Shown piece after piece: positions 7,793 to 17,989 of a stretch of 64,000 nt of DNA. The stretch is from NCBI GenBank assembly GCA_964601045.1, contig CAZRLF010000004.1:92809-156808 (forward strand). Direction: 5' to 3'. Every line of letters begins with the position of its first letter. Within the stretch, counting starts at the first letter, position 1. This DNA is from an uncultured Bacteriovoracaceae bacterium. GTDB taxonomy: Bacteria; Bdellovibrionota; UBA2394. The notes below the pieces were generated by a model. It saw only the letters and a program-made list of their open reading frames with translations, was not told the origin of the DNA and did no database searches. The position numbers and the translations under genes were made by a program.

Positions 7793-10486
7793 GTGTGGTG
7801 CACGTTTAAAAATTATCTTAGGTCGGTTTTTCTTTTTTTGAGTGCGAATACTATCTTGTTCGCTGATCAAAACGATGAGGTTCGATTTGCGGTTGATGGG
7901 CGGGCAGCAGTCCTTAAAAACAACTCACTCTATTTGGAGTCTCAACGTGAAAAGCCTGTTCTTGAAAAAATTCAAATGATGGCCCCGCCTTTCTTTATGG
8001 CAGGGGGTAAGCTCTATCGAGTTCAAGGATTTAAAGAAGAGCTCAGGCTTTATCCAATTCAAATTAAGGCGCATAAAAGGCTTCTTTCTGACGGCGAAGA
8101 CGGAACCGAGACTAAAATTTTATCGCTTTCACCAGCCGGGCTAGTGATTTACGAATTTAAAGGAGAAACCTATCTCGCCCGACTTCAACTCGATGAGAGA
8201 TCTAGGTTTACAATTATTAACCCTGAACGCGCGGGCGAAAGAATTTCCTCTATTTATGGTCTTGCTGGTGAACATATTAAAATAAGAAAACCCGATTCAG
8301 AGCATTTTATTTACTATCGTGTAACGAACAAACCTGAAGTCGATATTTCGTATGAGATTCAATACAAAGCGGCAAAAGAAAATGTTCCTTATTTTTGGGA
8401 GAGACCCGTTCTAAAAGTTCTGCCTCCGCCTCAGCTTGAATTTAATTTTGATACGGGGCCTCTAAACGACGATGAACTTAAAAAACTAGAGATGGAACTT
8501 TCGACCGATCTCACGCTTTTTATGAAAAAATATTTTGAAAGCAGACCCCTGAAGTTTCGATACTTTCCGAGTAGTTTTTTACAAAACAGTGAGGGCTTTA
8601 TTGCGCGATGGATTAACAACCATTCTACTCAAATGGACATTCTCGATAGTCTAGAGCCTAAACTTCGCAATACAATTTCTTTGCGACCATCCAATCGACT
8701 CTATAGAGGTCAGTTAGCCCGACATCCCCTGAATGTAGCAATTGCGATCGTGCGTGATGAAGAATTGGTTCCTAAGCCAGATTCCAAAAAAATAGTGCAT
8801 CAAGAAGTGGGCAAATGGATTCAGTCCCAGGCAGGAGACGAAAATTTTTGGAATTTATGGCCCGAGGACATTCGAGAGCAAGTGCGAACAGAATTCTTAA
8901 AAAATTCAGATTCTTCAACGCCAGCTTCAAAGGTCGCACTCGTTCAAAACTCTCAAGAGCTGACCAAAGAAGAAAAACGTCACCTTCAAATTAAGCGCAG
9001 GGTTGATCCTCTACGCGTTCTTTCTGATTATCTTTTATCTCTCCCAGTAGATCAACGGCAGCTGCCGAAACAAAGAGATGCGGCAATTGCGGGAATTTTG
9101 GGCAGATGGATTGTCGATAATGGCGGACAACTTAAAGTGCTTTCGGAACTCGATCCTGAACTAAGAAAAACTGTATCGATCGACGCCGCCCATAACGGGT
9201 TTCTTCGCCAGCTAAAATTGGCTCCTTATAATTTTTCTCTTTCATTGATTCGAAAAGATAAGGCGGTACCTACGCTCGATCAGTCCTCGGCTATTTACCA
9301 AGCTGTGGCAACTTGGCTTCAAGAAGCATCTAAGCAATCTGATTTTTTACAAAATTGGCCAGAGGATGTTCGGCCAATTATTAAAAACCATTTCAAGTTA
9401 ACTGAGCATGTTTCGGGTGATTTAATTCCGAAAGGTTCTGAAACAGACCCAGTTGATAAACAAGGTTTTGATTTCTATATTCGATTGAGAACGGATCTGG
9501 TTGGTTTAGTGAAAGAATATCTCGAAGCTCTTCCCCTTGAAAATCGCATTATGCCAAATATAAACGATGGTCCAGAGGGCTACTGGATACAAAAAAAATC
9601 TTCACAGATAAAGATGATTGAGAAGCTGCCCGCTGATTTAGCAAGCACCGTCGCCGTTCGACCTTCAAATAAGTTTTATAAAGTGTATGCACAGAAAATT
9701 CCCAGAAATATTATTTTGTATTTAGTTCGAGTAAGAAAGCAGTTTCCGACAGAGCAGAGCTATCGGCTTCTTTGGGAATGGCTACAAGTCGAATCTAAAA
9801 AGGACGGCTTTTTAGATTCTTGGCCTGAAGACGTTATTCCACAATTTGCGGTTCATTTTAATCTTCGAAAGAAATCTCAGGTTGATAATCGCAGAATTCA
9901 GTCGATTCCTTCTTTGAGCGAAATAGAGAAGTTAAAAATGAAAGATATTTTTACTCGTTGGGAATATACGAGCGATCTAGAGTCTTTTAATAATCTTCTA
10001 AAAAAGCGCCAGGCTGAAGCCGAAGCACCAGTCATTGACAATAAAAATGAAATTTCATCTTGGCGAGATTTTGACGATTTAAGACAGCGATACGAAGTTG
10101 CAACAAAAGATGAGAACCATGAGGAGCATGAGGAAATTGATTTTGATTTGCTTGCGCAGAACTGGGATGCAGCGCTTAAGTTTTGGCAGACGAATCGAAA
10201 GACTGAACTGAGATCTCAACTCGCGGTTGCTTATATAAAAAGAATCGGCGTTATTCCGACAGAGAAGATGTCGCACGATTTACTTGCGGTTGAGATTGCT
10301 GCCTGGATGCGCCACGAAACCAAGGGCGGCTTTCTGCAGACTCATTTTGACGAACTCAAAGAGATTCGAGAAGTTAGAGAATTTATCTATTCAAAAATAA
10401 AGGCACAAAGCAAACGGCGCTGCACGGCTGAACTTTTAGAAATCTCAAAACAGAAGAAAAAGAAGAAAAGGAAAAATGCAGCTTAA
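7793..10486 (+). CDS. large secreted hypothetical protein with three ~155-aa internal repeats and a poly-Lys tail
   Basis: The long ORF shows coding-like periodicity. A GTG at 7793 is preceded by GAGGT and yields the signal peptide KNYLRSVFLFLSANTILFA. An alternative ATG lies at 7766. Confidence 0.6.
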   Translation: MWCTFKNYLRSVFLFLSANTILFADQNDEVRFAVDGRAAVLKNNSLYLESQREKPVLEKIQMMAPPFFMAGGKLYRVQGFKEELRLYPIQIKAHKRLLSDGEDGTETKILSLSPAGLVIYEFKGETYLARLQLDERSRFTIINPERAGERISSIYGLAGEHIKIRKPDSEHFIYYRVTNKPEVDISYEIQYKAAKENVPYFWERPVLKVLPPPQLEFNFDTGPLNDDELKKLEMELSTDLTLFMKKYFESRPLKFRYFPSSFLQNSEGFIARWINNHSTQMDILDSLEPKLRNTISLRPSNRLYRGQLARHPLNVAIAIVRDEELVPKPDSKKIVHQEVGKWIQSQAGDENFWNLWPEDIREQVRTEFLKNSDSSTPASKVALVQNSQELTKEEKRHLQIKRRVDPLRVLSDYLLSLPVDQRQLPKQRDAAIAGILGRWIVDNGGQLKVLSELDPELRKTVSIDAAHNGFLRQLKLAPYNFSLSLIRKDKAVPTLDQSSAIYQAVATWLQEASKQSDFLQNWPEDVRPIIKNHFKLTEHVSGDLIPKGSETDPVDKQGFDFYIRLRTDLVGLVKEYLEALPLENRIMPNINDGPEGYWIQKKSSQIKMIEKLPADLASTVAVRPSNKFYKVYAQKIPRNIILYLVRVRKQFPTEQSYRLLWEWLQVESKKDGFLDSWPEDVIPQFAVHFNLRKKSQVDNRRIQSIPSLSEIEKLKMKDIFTRWEYTSDLESFNNLLKKRQAEAEAPVIDNKNEISSWRDFDDLRQRYEVATKDENHEEHEEIDFDLLAQNWDAALKFWQTNRKTELRSQLAVAYIKRIGVIPTEKMSHDLLAVEIAAWMRHETKGGFLQTHFDELKEIREVREFIYSKIKAQSKRRCTAELLEISKQKKKKKRKNAA

Positions 10487-10490
10487 CCAT

Positions 10491-12179
10491 TTACGGTGAG
10501 CCCATCATAAGAGGAATTGTGAGTGGAGGTGCATCGCTTGCGGGCTCCAATGAACTATCGAATCCCCCTAATTTCTCCAGAATTATTCTATTAAATTCCA
10601 ATAGCAGAACCGGGTGTCCGACAAGCTGATTTTTAATATGATCTGAGGCTAAAGCCGCGGTCATCATCGACAGCTTTTTGAACGTTGCGATCGCAAGTTC
10701 AGGCTGAACTATAGATAGAACAGTAGAGATATTCGCCATTTTTTCTTTAGCGGTCTTTTCTTGCGATGCTGACAATATATCCGAAAATAATTTTATTTGT
10801 TGTGCATTGAGATGAGAATTTGGGCGATTGCCAGCCATAATCTGAAGGCCCCTGCCATAGCGAGTATAATTGTTTTTTTCATAGAGACGACCCAGCGAAG
10901 AAAAACTTTCAGCAGTGCCTTTAAGCAAAGCTTCTTCCCGCTTCAGACGTAAAAAAGCTGGTGAACTTGCCCCTGATTTTACTGCAGCAAAATTAGCTTT
11001 TCTAGCCAGGTCAGAAAAATTATAGGTTTTTGGATCATTCAGCGCTTGGCGAAGATCCTTCTCGTTACGCAACTTTATCGCGATATGAGCAGCCTTTAGA
11101 GCATTGACGACTCCAAATCCATAGATTTCATCGCGACCGTCTTTTCCTAAATCTATAGCTGACCCATACAGTAATGTGCGGATATTTTCTGCAGTCGCAT
11201 GGGGAAGAAGAGCTCGAATATTTGCGGCAACCCCAGAGATGAGTGGAGCAGCCATGCTCGTTCCGGTCATATAGCCGAACGATTTGTTTCGATAAGTAAA
11301 TTGCTTTGCGAAAGAGAAGATCTGTTCTCCAGGAGCAACCAGCGAGATTGGATTTCCGTAATTTGAAATATCTAGTTTTACGCCGTCAAGTCCTAATGCC
11401 CCTACAATTACGCAATCTTGTATCTGACTGAGACTTGAGTTTTGCGAAATATCGGAGCCATAATTTAAAGCGGCAATCACGCAAACTGTATCTTTTCTTT
11501 CAACCAATTCATGAAGGGCTTTAACAACTTTTGCGCTTCGACCTAGGCCATGACTCATATTGAGTACAGGGGTTGGCTCTGGACGAGTGATTAACGTAAA
11601 AAGTGCAGAGAAAAGATTTGATATCTTTAGAGATGAAAATCCTTGAAAGACATTTAAGTCTTCAATCTCGACAAGATTGGATGATCCAAACTCAGATTGA
11701 TCAGCGCCGATAAGCCCAGAGACATGAGCGCCGTGATCAAAATTTTCAGTGGGGTCGACAAGCTGATCCCTCACATCCTTCACTTCTGTGATGAGATCGT
11801 TGATGTATTCAATCAAATCTTGAATTTCAATTGGTGAACTCGTTTTTCGCGTTAGATTTTTTCCTACTTCTGTATGCGAAAGAAGCCTGAAAGGACCTCG
11901 TTCAAAGGGACTGCGAGTATCATAAGTAATTTCTTGTTTGGCGCCGTAAAAAACACCACTATCACTGACGACTACTGATATTTTTGGAAGGTTTTTAGAT
12001 GCAATGACCTTTTTAGCAAGATCTGCTCCAATTAGTTCTGATCCCCAATATAAGGGAGCCTGTTCTAAAGATTCGAACGATAGCCGAGGATCTATTTCAG
12101 ATTTGATCTCAACTGCAAAGCTACTTGCGCTAACTGCAAAAGAAAGACTTAAAAAAATGCGAAAGTGTAGACCCCTCAA
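10491..12179 (-). CDS. subtilisin-like serine protease (peptidase S8) with signal peptide and C-terminal extension
   Basis: The catalytic triad motifs are present: VVVSDSG (Asp), DHGAHVSG (His) and GTSMAAPLISG (Ser). The N-terminal signal peptide is MRGLHFRIFLSLSFAVSASSFA. Confidence 0.85.
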   Translation of the reverse strand: MRGLHFRIFLSLSFAVSASSFAVEIKSEIDPRLSFESLEQAPLYWGSELIGADLAKKVIASKNLPKISVVVSDSGVFYGAKQEITYDTRSPFERGPFRLLSHTEVGKNLTRKTSSPIEIQDLIEYINDLITEVKDVRDQLVDPTENFDHGAHVSGLIGADQSEFGSSNLVEIEDLNVFQGFSSLKISNLFSALFTLITRPEPTPVLNMSHGLGRSAKVVKALHELVERKDTVCVIAALNYGSDISQNSSLSQIQDCVIVGALGLDGVKLDISNYGNPISLVAPGEQIFSFAKQFTYRNKSFGYMTGTSMAAPLISGVAANIRALLPHATAENIRTLLYGSAIDLGKDGRDEIYGFGVVNALKAAHIAIKLRNEKDLRQALNDPKTYNFSDLARKANFAAVKSGASSPAFLRLKREEALLKGTAESFSSLGRLYEKNNYTRYGRGLQIMAGNRPNSHLNAQQIKLFSDILSASQEKTAKEKMANISTVLSIVQPELAIATFKKLSMMTAALASDHIKNQLVGHPVLLLEFNRIILEKLGGFDSSLEPASDAPPLTIPLMMGSP

Positions 12180-12321
12180 ACCTGCACCCCTAGTTCCCTT
12201 TTTAGATACAGAGGTTAGTTCAGGCGGTTCCTCATCTCAAGGGATTTCCCCCTTTCGGCCAAAAAAAACTGCTGAATCGCCTTTGACGGCTATAGCTTAA
12301 TTGAGAGAAAAATGATGAATC

Positions 12322-13668
12322 ATGGCCGAATCTGCCTCCGACAAAATGCAAAAAATAGTTTCTCTTTGTAAACGCCGGGGTTTTGTTTACCCCTCATCCG
12401 AAGTCTATGGAGGTCTAAACTCCTGCTACGATTACGGTCCTTTGGGTTACGAGCTAAAAGCAACCGTAAAACGTCGTTGGATGGATTCCATGATTCGCGA
12501 GCATGATGACATCGAGCCTCTTGATTCAAGTATTTTAATGCATCCTAAGATTTGGGAGGCTTCCGGACACGTCGCTAATTTTACCGATCCGATGATCGAC
12601 TGCAAAACCTGCAAGGCGAGATTTAGGGCAGACCAAATGGAGTCTGCCCAGTGCCCTAAAAAGCCTTCGAAAAGTCCAACAGCCTGTGGGGGGGAACTCA
12701 CTGAACCTCGCGCCTTTAATTTGATGTTCAAAACTTTTATGGGACCCGTCGAAGATTCCTCGGCAGTCGTCTACTTACGGCCTGAAACGGCTCAAGGCAT
12801 CTATGTGAATTTTTTAAATGTCATGACCACCTCTCGACAAAAAATTCCATTTGGAATCGCACAAATTGGAAAAGCATTTCGTAATGAAATTACACCCGGC
12901 AATTTTGTGTTCCGTACCCGCGAGTTTGAACAAATGGAAATGCAATATTTTGTAAAGCCTGGTGATGATGAAAACCAGTTTGAGCGTTGGAAAGAAATCC
13001 GAAAAAAATGGCATCTTTCGAATGGGCTTAAAGAAGGCAGACTTCGATTTCATCAGCATGGTGAAAATGAATTGGCGCATTATGCCCGTGCGGCCTTTGA
13101 TATTCAGTATGAGTTTCCTTTTGGCTGGCAAGAAGTTGAAGGAATTCACAATCGTTCTGATTTCGATCTTAAACAACACGAAAAATTCTCGGGTAAAAAG
13201 CTCAGTGTTTTCGATGAAGCGACTAAGGCTTCTTATGTTCCATTTATTATCGAAACCTCAGTTGGCTGTGACCGAACAGTTTTGACTTTAATCGTTGATG
13301 CTTATGATGAGGAAGCAGTTCAAGGTGGTGAAGGAGAAGAGGCCGGCACCCGGGTTGTTATGAGATTTGCGCCAGTGGTTGCGCCCATCAAGGCAAGTGT
13401 TTTTCCTCTGATGAAAAAAGAGGGCCTGCCTGAACGCGCCGATAAAATTTTTAAGGACCTTAAAAAGCATTGGCGAGTTGATCTCGATCAGTCGGGAAGT
13501 ATAGGTAAACGCTATCGACGTTCTGATGAAATCGGAGTGCCCTTTTGTATTACGGTGGATACGGTTCCCGATACTGTGACTGTTCGCGAAAGAGATTCGA
13601 TGAAACAAGTCAGAGTCGCTGAATCAGAGTTATTGAATTATTTTAAAAAAGCATTTGGAGAGATTTAA
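12322..13668 (+). CDS. glyQS: glycine--tRNA ligase (dimeric class II type)
   Basis: It carries KRRGFVYPSSEVYGGLNSCYDYGPLG, YLRPETAQGIYVNF and FRNEITPGNFVFRTREFEQME. Confidence 0.9.
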   Translation: MAESASDKMQKIVSLCKRRGFVYPSSEVYGGLNSCYDYGPLGYELKATVKRRWMDSMIREHDDIEPLDSSILMHPKIWEASGHVANFTDPMIDCKTCKARFRADQMESAQCPKKPSKSPTACGGELTEPRAFNLMFKTFMGPVEDSSAVVYLRPETAQGIYVNFLNVMTTSRQKIPFGIAQIGKAFRNEITPGNFVFRTREFEQMEMQYFVKPGDDENQFERWKEIRKKWHLSNGLKEGRLRFHQHGENELAHYARAAFDIQYEFPFGWQEVEGIHNRSDFDLKQHEKFSGKKLSVFDEATKASYVPFIIETSVGCDRTVLTLIVDAYDEEAVQGGEGEEAGTRVVMRFAPVVAPIKASVFPLMKKEGLPERADKIFKDLKKHWRVDLDQSGSIGKRYRRSDEIGVPFCITVDTVPDTVTVRERDSMKQVRVAESELLNYFKKAFGEI

Positions 13669-13688
13669 TAAAAAGTGAGGGGGGTCTC

Positions 13689-16475
13689 ATGCAACAGATG
13701 ACAAAAAAGATTAAACGAAAAGCAAAAACTCGAACTTTATCGACAAAGATGAAAGGGAGGGTTGTTTCGCTAGCGACGCGAAGACTCAGTCATTCAGTTT
13801 CAACGATCGGATATTCCACAACGGGAATTCAGCCAGCAGTAAAACTGCTTCAGTCTGAGTCGTATTCCAAACTTAAAGAAATTTTAGGTGGAAAAGGTGC
13901 TGGACTTACTTCAATGGTCAAATTGGGTTTACCGGTACCCCCAGCCATAAGTCTCTCGACCCCTCTTTGCGGGGTCTATTTGCAAAAGAGAACTTTGCCG
14001 GAGTCCATTTTAAAAGATATTCGGCAGGCGCTTTTCGGAATGCAGAAGTTTTTAAAACGAGAGTTTGGTTCTCGTACCCATCCGCTTTTACTTTCGGTGC
14101 GTTCAGGGGCGCGCGTTTCGATGCCGGGAATGATGGATACCATTCTTAATTTGGGTTTGAATCATGAAATCACTACGGCTTTAGCTGATGCACATCCTGA
14201 AAAAGAACGATTTTGGTGGGATTGTTATCGTCGATTTATTCAGATGTATTCTGAAGTTGTTATGGGAGTCGAATACTCTGTATTCGATCATATTCTTGAA
14301 AGTTGGAAGAGTCGCGACGGAGTCAAGGTTGATTCGGAGCTTTCGGTTTCGACTCTGAAAAAGGTTTGTTCAGATTTTGAAGCTTCTCTTCAGGCGCGTC
14401 AGAAACAGTTTCCACAGGATCCGTGGGAGCAACTTATTGCTGCCATTGAAGCTGTTTTTCGTTCGTGGAATACCGACCGCGCCATAACATATCGGAAGTT
14501 AAATTCGATTCCTGATGAATGGGGCACGGCTGTCACTATTCAGGCTATGGTCTTTGGAAACCTTAATGAGAAGTCGGCCACTGGCGTTGTCTTTACTCGT
14601 GATCCTTCTCACGGTGCGAATCGGATTTACGGAGAATATCTGCTTAATGCGCAAGGAGAGGATGTCGTTGCAGGAATTCGAACCCCTCAAGAAATTCAAA
14701 ATCTCAAAAGTGATTTGCCAAAAGCTTATGCCGAGTTGACCCGAGTCTTAAAAAAACTTGAACATCATTTTAGAGATGTTCAGGACGTAGAATTTACTAT
14801 CGAAAATGAGCGTCTCTTTGTTTTACAAACTAGATCGGCTAAGCGAACGGCTGCTGCACAAATCGAACATATCGCTCAATTTGTGAACGAGAAAAGAATT
14901 TCAAAAGCTGAGGGGCTCTCGCGAATTTCCTACGATCAAGTTAAGCAGCTTTTACATCCAACCCTTAAGGCTACAAGCCAAAGATCTTTTGCTAAAGGTC
15001 TTCCTGCTAGTCCGGGAGCAGTATCGGGTAAGGCAGCTTTTGATCCCGAAACCGCAGTTGATTTTGCCAGAGGAGGTCAGAGAGCGATTCTCGTCCGCAG
15101 AGATACATCTCCCGAAGATATTATGGGAATGGCTGCGTCTGAAGGTATTCTCACTTCGACGGGAGGAATGACATCTCATGCCGCCGTGGTCGGTAGAGGA
15201 ATGGGAAAAGCTTGTGTCGTGGGTTGCTCTGATCTCGAGGTTGATGAACATCGTCGAGAGGCCAGTGCTGCGGGGGTAAGTTTTTCAGAAGGAGACTGGA
15301 TTACAATTAATGGTGCAACGGGCGATGTCTACATGGGGGATCTTCCTACGGAGCCGGTCACTTGGGGGCAAACTGCACAAAAAGTTTTTTCATGGGCTGA
15401 TGAGTCAGCTCGTATTCCCGTTCTTGCCAATGCCGATACCCCAGAACAGGCAAGTCTCGCGTTAGGTTTAGGCGCTAAAGGAATCGGTCTTTGCCGAACT
15501 GAACATATGTTCTTTGAAAAAGAGAGAATTCACAAATTTAGAGCGATGATTCTTTCTGAAAGTGAAAAGCAAAGAACTGAAGCTGCTAAAGAGCTTCAAA
15601 GTTTTCAAGAGGATGATTTTTATTCCATTCTCAAGGTGATGAAGGGTTTTAGTGTTTGCGTTCGTCTTTTAGATCCTCCTCTTCATGAGTTCTTGCCGAA
15701 AGTTGAGAATGAAGTTGAGATTAACGCTCTCATTGAGGATCTCAATATTTCAAGTTCAAAACTTTTTTCCCGAATCCAACAGTTGGCAGAAGTTAATCCT
15801 ATGCTTGGACATCGGGGATGTAGGCTTGGAGTTACTTTTCCAGAAATTTATGAAATGCAGGTGAGGGCTTTGGCAGGGAGCCTCATTCGAAATTTGAGTG
15901 AGAAGGTAAATGTTACTCTCAAAATAATGATTCCACTTGTGATGACTTCTAGTGAACTCGATTTTCTGCTTTCTCGGCTTAAAAAAGTTTATGTCGAAGA
16001 GCTTGATAGACTTTGTCATGACCAAGTGGCTTTAAAGCAGAGAGCTTTAAAGGCAACTTTATGGGGAACCATGATCGAGCTACCCAGAGCTTGTCTTGTA
16101 GCTGCCGATATAGCTCACAGAGTCGATTTCTTTTCGTTTGGAACGAATGATTTAACTCAGACTACCATGGGACTTTCTCGTGATGATGCTTCAAAATTTA
16201 TTCCTGCCTACCTTGAGAAGTCTTTACTTCCGCGAGATCCGTTTGAAACTTTGGATCAGCAAGGAGTAGGTCGACTTATTCGAATGGCCGTGACTGAGGG
16301 GCGAAAGGTGAATAAGAATCTTGAGATTGGCATTTGCGGAGAGCATGGTGGAGATCCTCAAAGTGTTGAGTTTTTTGAAAGAGAAAAATTTGATTCGGTA
16401 AGTTGCTCGCCGTTTCGAGTTCCTCTTGCGCGTCTTGCTGCTTCTCGAGCTCGACAATTGAAAAAGGAGAGATGA
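13689..16475 (+). CDS. ppdK: pyruvate, phosphate dikinase
   Basis: It carries GGKGAGLTSM, the phospho-His loop TSTGGMTSHAAVVGRGMG, and the PEP-utiliser C-terminus GICGEHGGDP. A strong SD (GAGGGGGG) lies before ATG 13689. Confidence 0.9.
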   Translation: MQQMTKKIKRKAKTRTLSTKMKGRVVSLATRRLSHSVSTIGYSTTGIQPAVKLLQSESYSKLKEILGGKGAGLTSMVKLGLPVPPAISLSTPLCGVYLQKRTLPESILKDIRQALFGMQKFLKREFGSRTHPLLLSVRSGARVSMPGMMDTILNLGLNHEITTALADAHPEKERFWWDCYRRFIQMYSEVVMGVEYSVFDHILESWKSRDGVKVDSELSVSTLKKVCSDFEASLQARQKQFPQDPWEQLIAAIEAVFRSWNTDRAITYRKLNSIPDEWGTAVTIQAMVFGNLNEKSATGVVFTRDPSHGANRIYGEYLLNAQGEDVVAGIRTPQEIQNLKSDLPKAYAELTRVLKKLEHHFRDVQDVEFTIENERLFVLQTRSAKRTAAAQIEHIAQFVNEKRISKAEGLSRISYDQVKQLLHPTLKATSQRSFAKGLPASPGAVSGKAAFDPETAVDFARGGQRAILVRRDTSPEDIMGMAASEGILTSTGGMTSHAAVVGRGMGKACVVGCSDLEVDEHRREASAAGVSFSEGDWITINGATGDVYMGDLPTEPVTWGQTAQKVFSWADESARIPVLANADTPEQASLALGLGAKGIGLCRTEHMFFEKERIHKFRAMILSESEKQRTEAAKELQSFQEDDFYSILKVMKGFSVCVRLLDPPLHEFLPKVENEVEINALIEDLNISSSKLFSRIQQLAEVNPMLGHRGCRLGVTFPEIYEMQVRALAGSLIRNLSEKVNVTLKIMIPLVMTSSELDFLLSRLKKVYVEELDRLCHDQVALKQRALKATLWGTMIELPRACLVAADIAHRVDFFSFGTNDLTQTTMGLSRDDASKFIPAYLEKSLLPRDPFETLDQQGVGRLIRMAVTEGRKVNKNLEIGICGEHGGDPQSVEFFEREKFDSVSCSPFRVPLARLAASRARQLKKER

Positions 16476-17965
16476 GTTTGAAGAATTACCTAAAATTCGC
16501 AAGTATTGGATTATTGACTCTGGTTGCCAGTGCCTGTGAGCCTAAGTTTGCGGGAGATCGTCCTTTTAATATTGATATTTTGAACGGCCCCGGGCGAGCT
16601 AAATTGGTCGAGATTGGTTCGACTCAATATCTCGGTATTCTCAATACCAATCTTGAATTTGAAGCGAGCTCAGGAAGCATTCAATTTTATTCTTTAAGTG
16701 ATCCTCAGAAACCAAAACTTGAAACATCACTTTCAGTTGAAGTTCCATCAAACGTCGGCGATTTTGAATTTGATGGAGACACTCTTTTTGTTGCGGACCG
16801 TAATAAGCATAGAATTTTTGTCTATGACTATTCGAGTGGTAAATTCTCTCAGCGACTTGACGAAGACGGAGGTCCAAAATTTGTCAAAGTCACCGACAAT
16901 CCTCAGCGACTTCTTTCTTTTACACGTCCTGGCGACAATCTAAAAATGCTTGCGATTGTTTGTCAGTCGAGTGGATTTATTCACTTTATTCGTACCGATA
17001 ATCTCGAATTTGTTGAAAAAGGCAGCGATGAGTCTGTTACGCCAGACCTAGCTGTTTCTAGAAATATCAAAGGCGCCAATTTAGAAATGATTGAACGCTT
17101 AAAAACTGTAAAAAATAAAGATGGCGAAGATGAGATTGTTCAACAACATCTTGATATTTCTTTTTCTCAACGAGTTGGATTTGGAATAAACCAGGCCGTC
17201 CTTCTTGGAGTGACTGATGGAGATGGAAGCATTCCGTTGATTGTTACAGCTTCGTATTTAGCCCAAGGAATCTTCGGTTTTAGACTAGATACGTTTCAGA
17301 ACACGGCCAATATTGCTTGGGATCTTGATGGAGCTAGGAGTGGTTGGACTAAAAATAAAGGCACGGCTAACGAAATTAAAGTGCAAGGAAGTAAAGAGCT
17401 AGGCTTTCGGGGATTGGCCCGAGATGCAGCAGGAAATATCTATGCCAGCAGCCGCACAGATAATTCGCTTTATCGAATCGATAGATCAGTTTTTGAGATG
17501 TCTAAAGAGAGAAAAGCGACTGAATCAACGGCAAAGCGCAATACCGTGGGCTTTGATGAGAATGATGTCTCTTATCGGATCGTAAATTTTGATAGGGATC
17601 CAACAGATAAATTATTTCCTCGAATGGGTGAAGTCGAAGTCAATTATTGTCCAAAGTTAACGCCTCCTCCGACAAATTGTTCAACGGGTACGGCAACTGT
17701 GGCATGGGTACTAGGTTTAGGACAAAAAGATGGAAGCACAGTTGAAGTTCCTGCGAGAATTTACAGAGTTGATCTTACTCAAGATCTTACTGACGAAGAC
17801 GCCGTTACTTTCACAAAATCGGCTGATGATGCTCTTGAAGATTCTCCCCAGAGGTTGCTTTGGAATCCTGAAGGTTCAGTACTTTATGTGCTTAACGTAA
17901 AAAGTAATTCGATCAGCGTTTTAAATGATACGTCGTTAGATTTAATCGCAACAGTTCAGCCCTAG
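16472..17965 (+). CDS. lipoprotein, probable beta-propeller
   Basis: There is a lipobox-like LTLVASAC. The start overlaps the ppdK stop (ATGA); a TTG at 16478 is an alternative. I recognise no family. Confidence 0.55.
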   Translation: MSLKNYLKFASIGLLTLVASACEPKFAGDRPFNIDILNGPGRAKLVEIGSTQYLGILNTNLEFEASSGSIQFYSLSDPQKPKLETSLSVEVPSNVGDFEFDGDTLFVADRNKHRIFVYDYSSGKFSQRLDEDGGPKFVKVTDNPQRLLSFTRPGDNLKMLAIVCQSSGFIHFIRTDNLEFVEKGSDESVTPDLAVSRNIKGANLEMIERLKTVKNKDGEDEIVQQHLDISFSQRVGFGINQAVLLGVTDGDGSIPLIVTASYLAQGIFGFRLDTFQNTANIAWDLDGARSGWTKNKGTANEIKVQGSKELGFRGLARDAAGNIYASSRTDNSLYRIDRSVFEMSKERKATESTAKRNTVGFDENDVSYRIVNFDRDPTDKLFPRMGEVEVNYCPKLTPPPTNCSTGTATVAWVLGLGQKDGSTVEVPARIYRVDLTQDLTDEDAVTFTKSADDALEDSPQRLLWNPEGSVLYVLNVKSNSISVLNDTSLDLIATVQP

Positions 17966-17989
17966 ATAAGAGAATCGAAATTTAAAAGA

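Noticed and set aside
10440-10486. Purine-rich low-complexity DNA (cagaagaaaaagaagaaaaggaaaaa) that might look like a simple repeat
   Set aside because: It is the in-frame poly-Lys C-terminal tail of the 7793..10486 protein, not a non-coding repeat or CRISPR-like array.
12180-12321. A search for a T-box or other leader upstream of glyQS
   Set aside because: The region is only 140 bp and is shared with the divergent S8 protease gene. I found no specifier-loop or T-box (AGGGUGGNACCGCG-like) sequence.
14668-14688. A GGAATTCGAACCCCTC stretch resembling a tRNA T-arm
   Set aside because: It lies inside the well-supported ppdK reading frame, and no acceptor, D or anticodon arms can be drawn around it.
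16862-16872. Partial matches to the GGTGACGGAGG motif: GAAGACGGAGG at 16862, GGACGGAGG around 30048, and the CCTCCG... starts at 8424 and 25556
   Set aside because: Only 8-9 of 11 positions match. An 8-mer core is expected about twice per window by chance, so I did not count these as copies.
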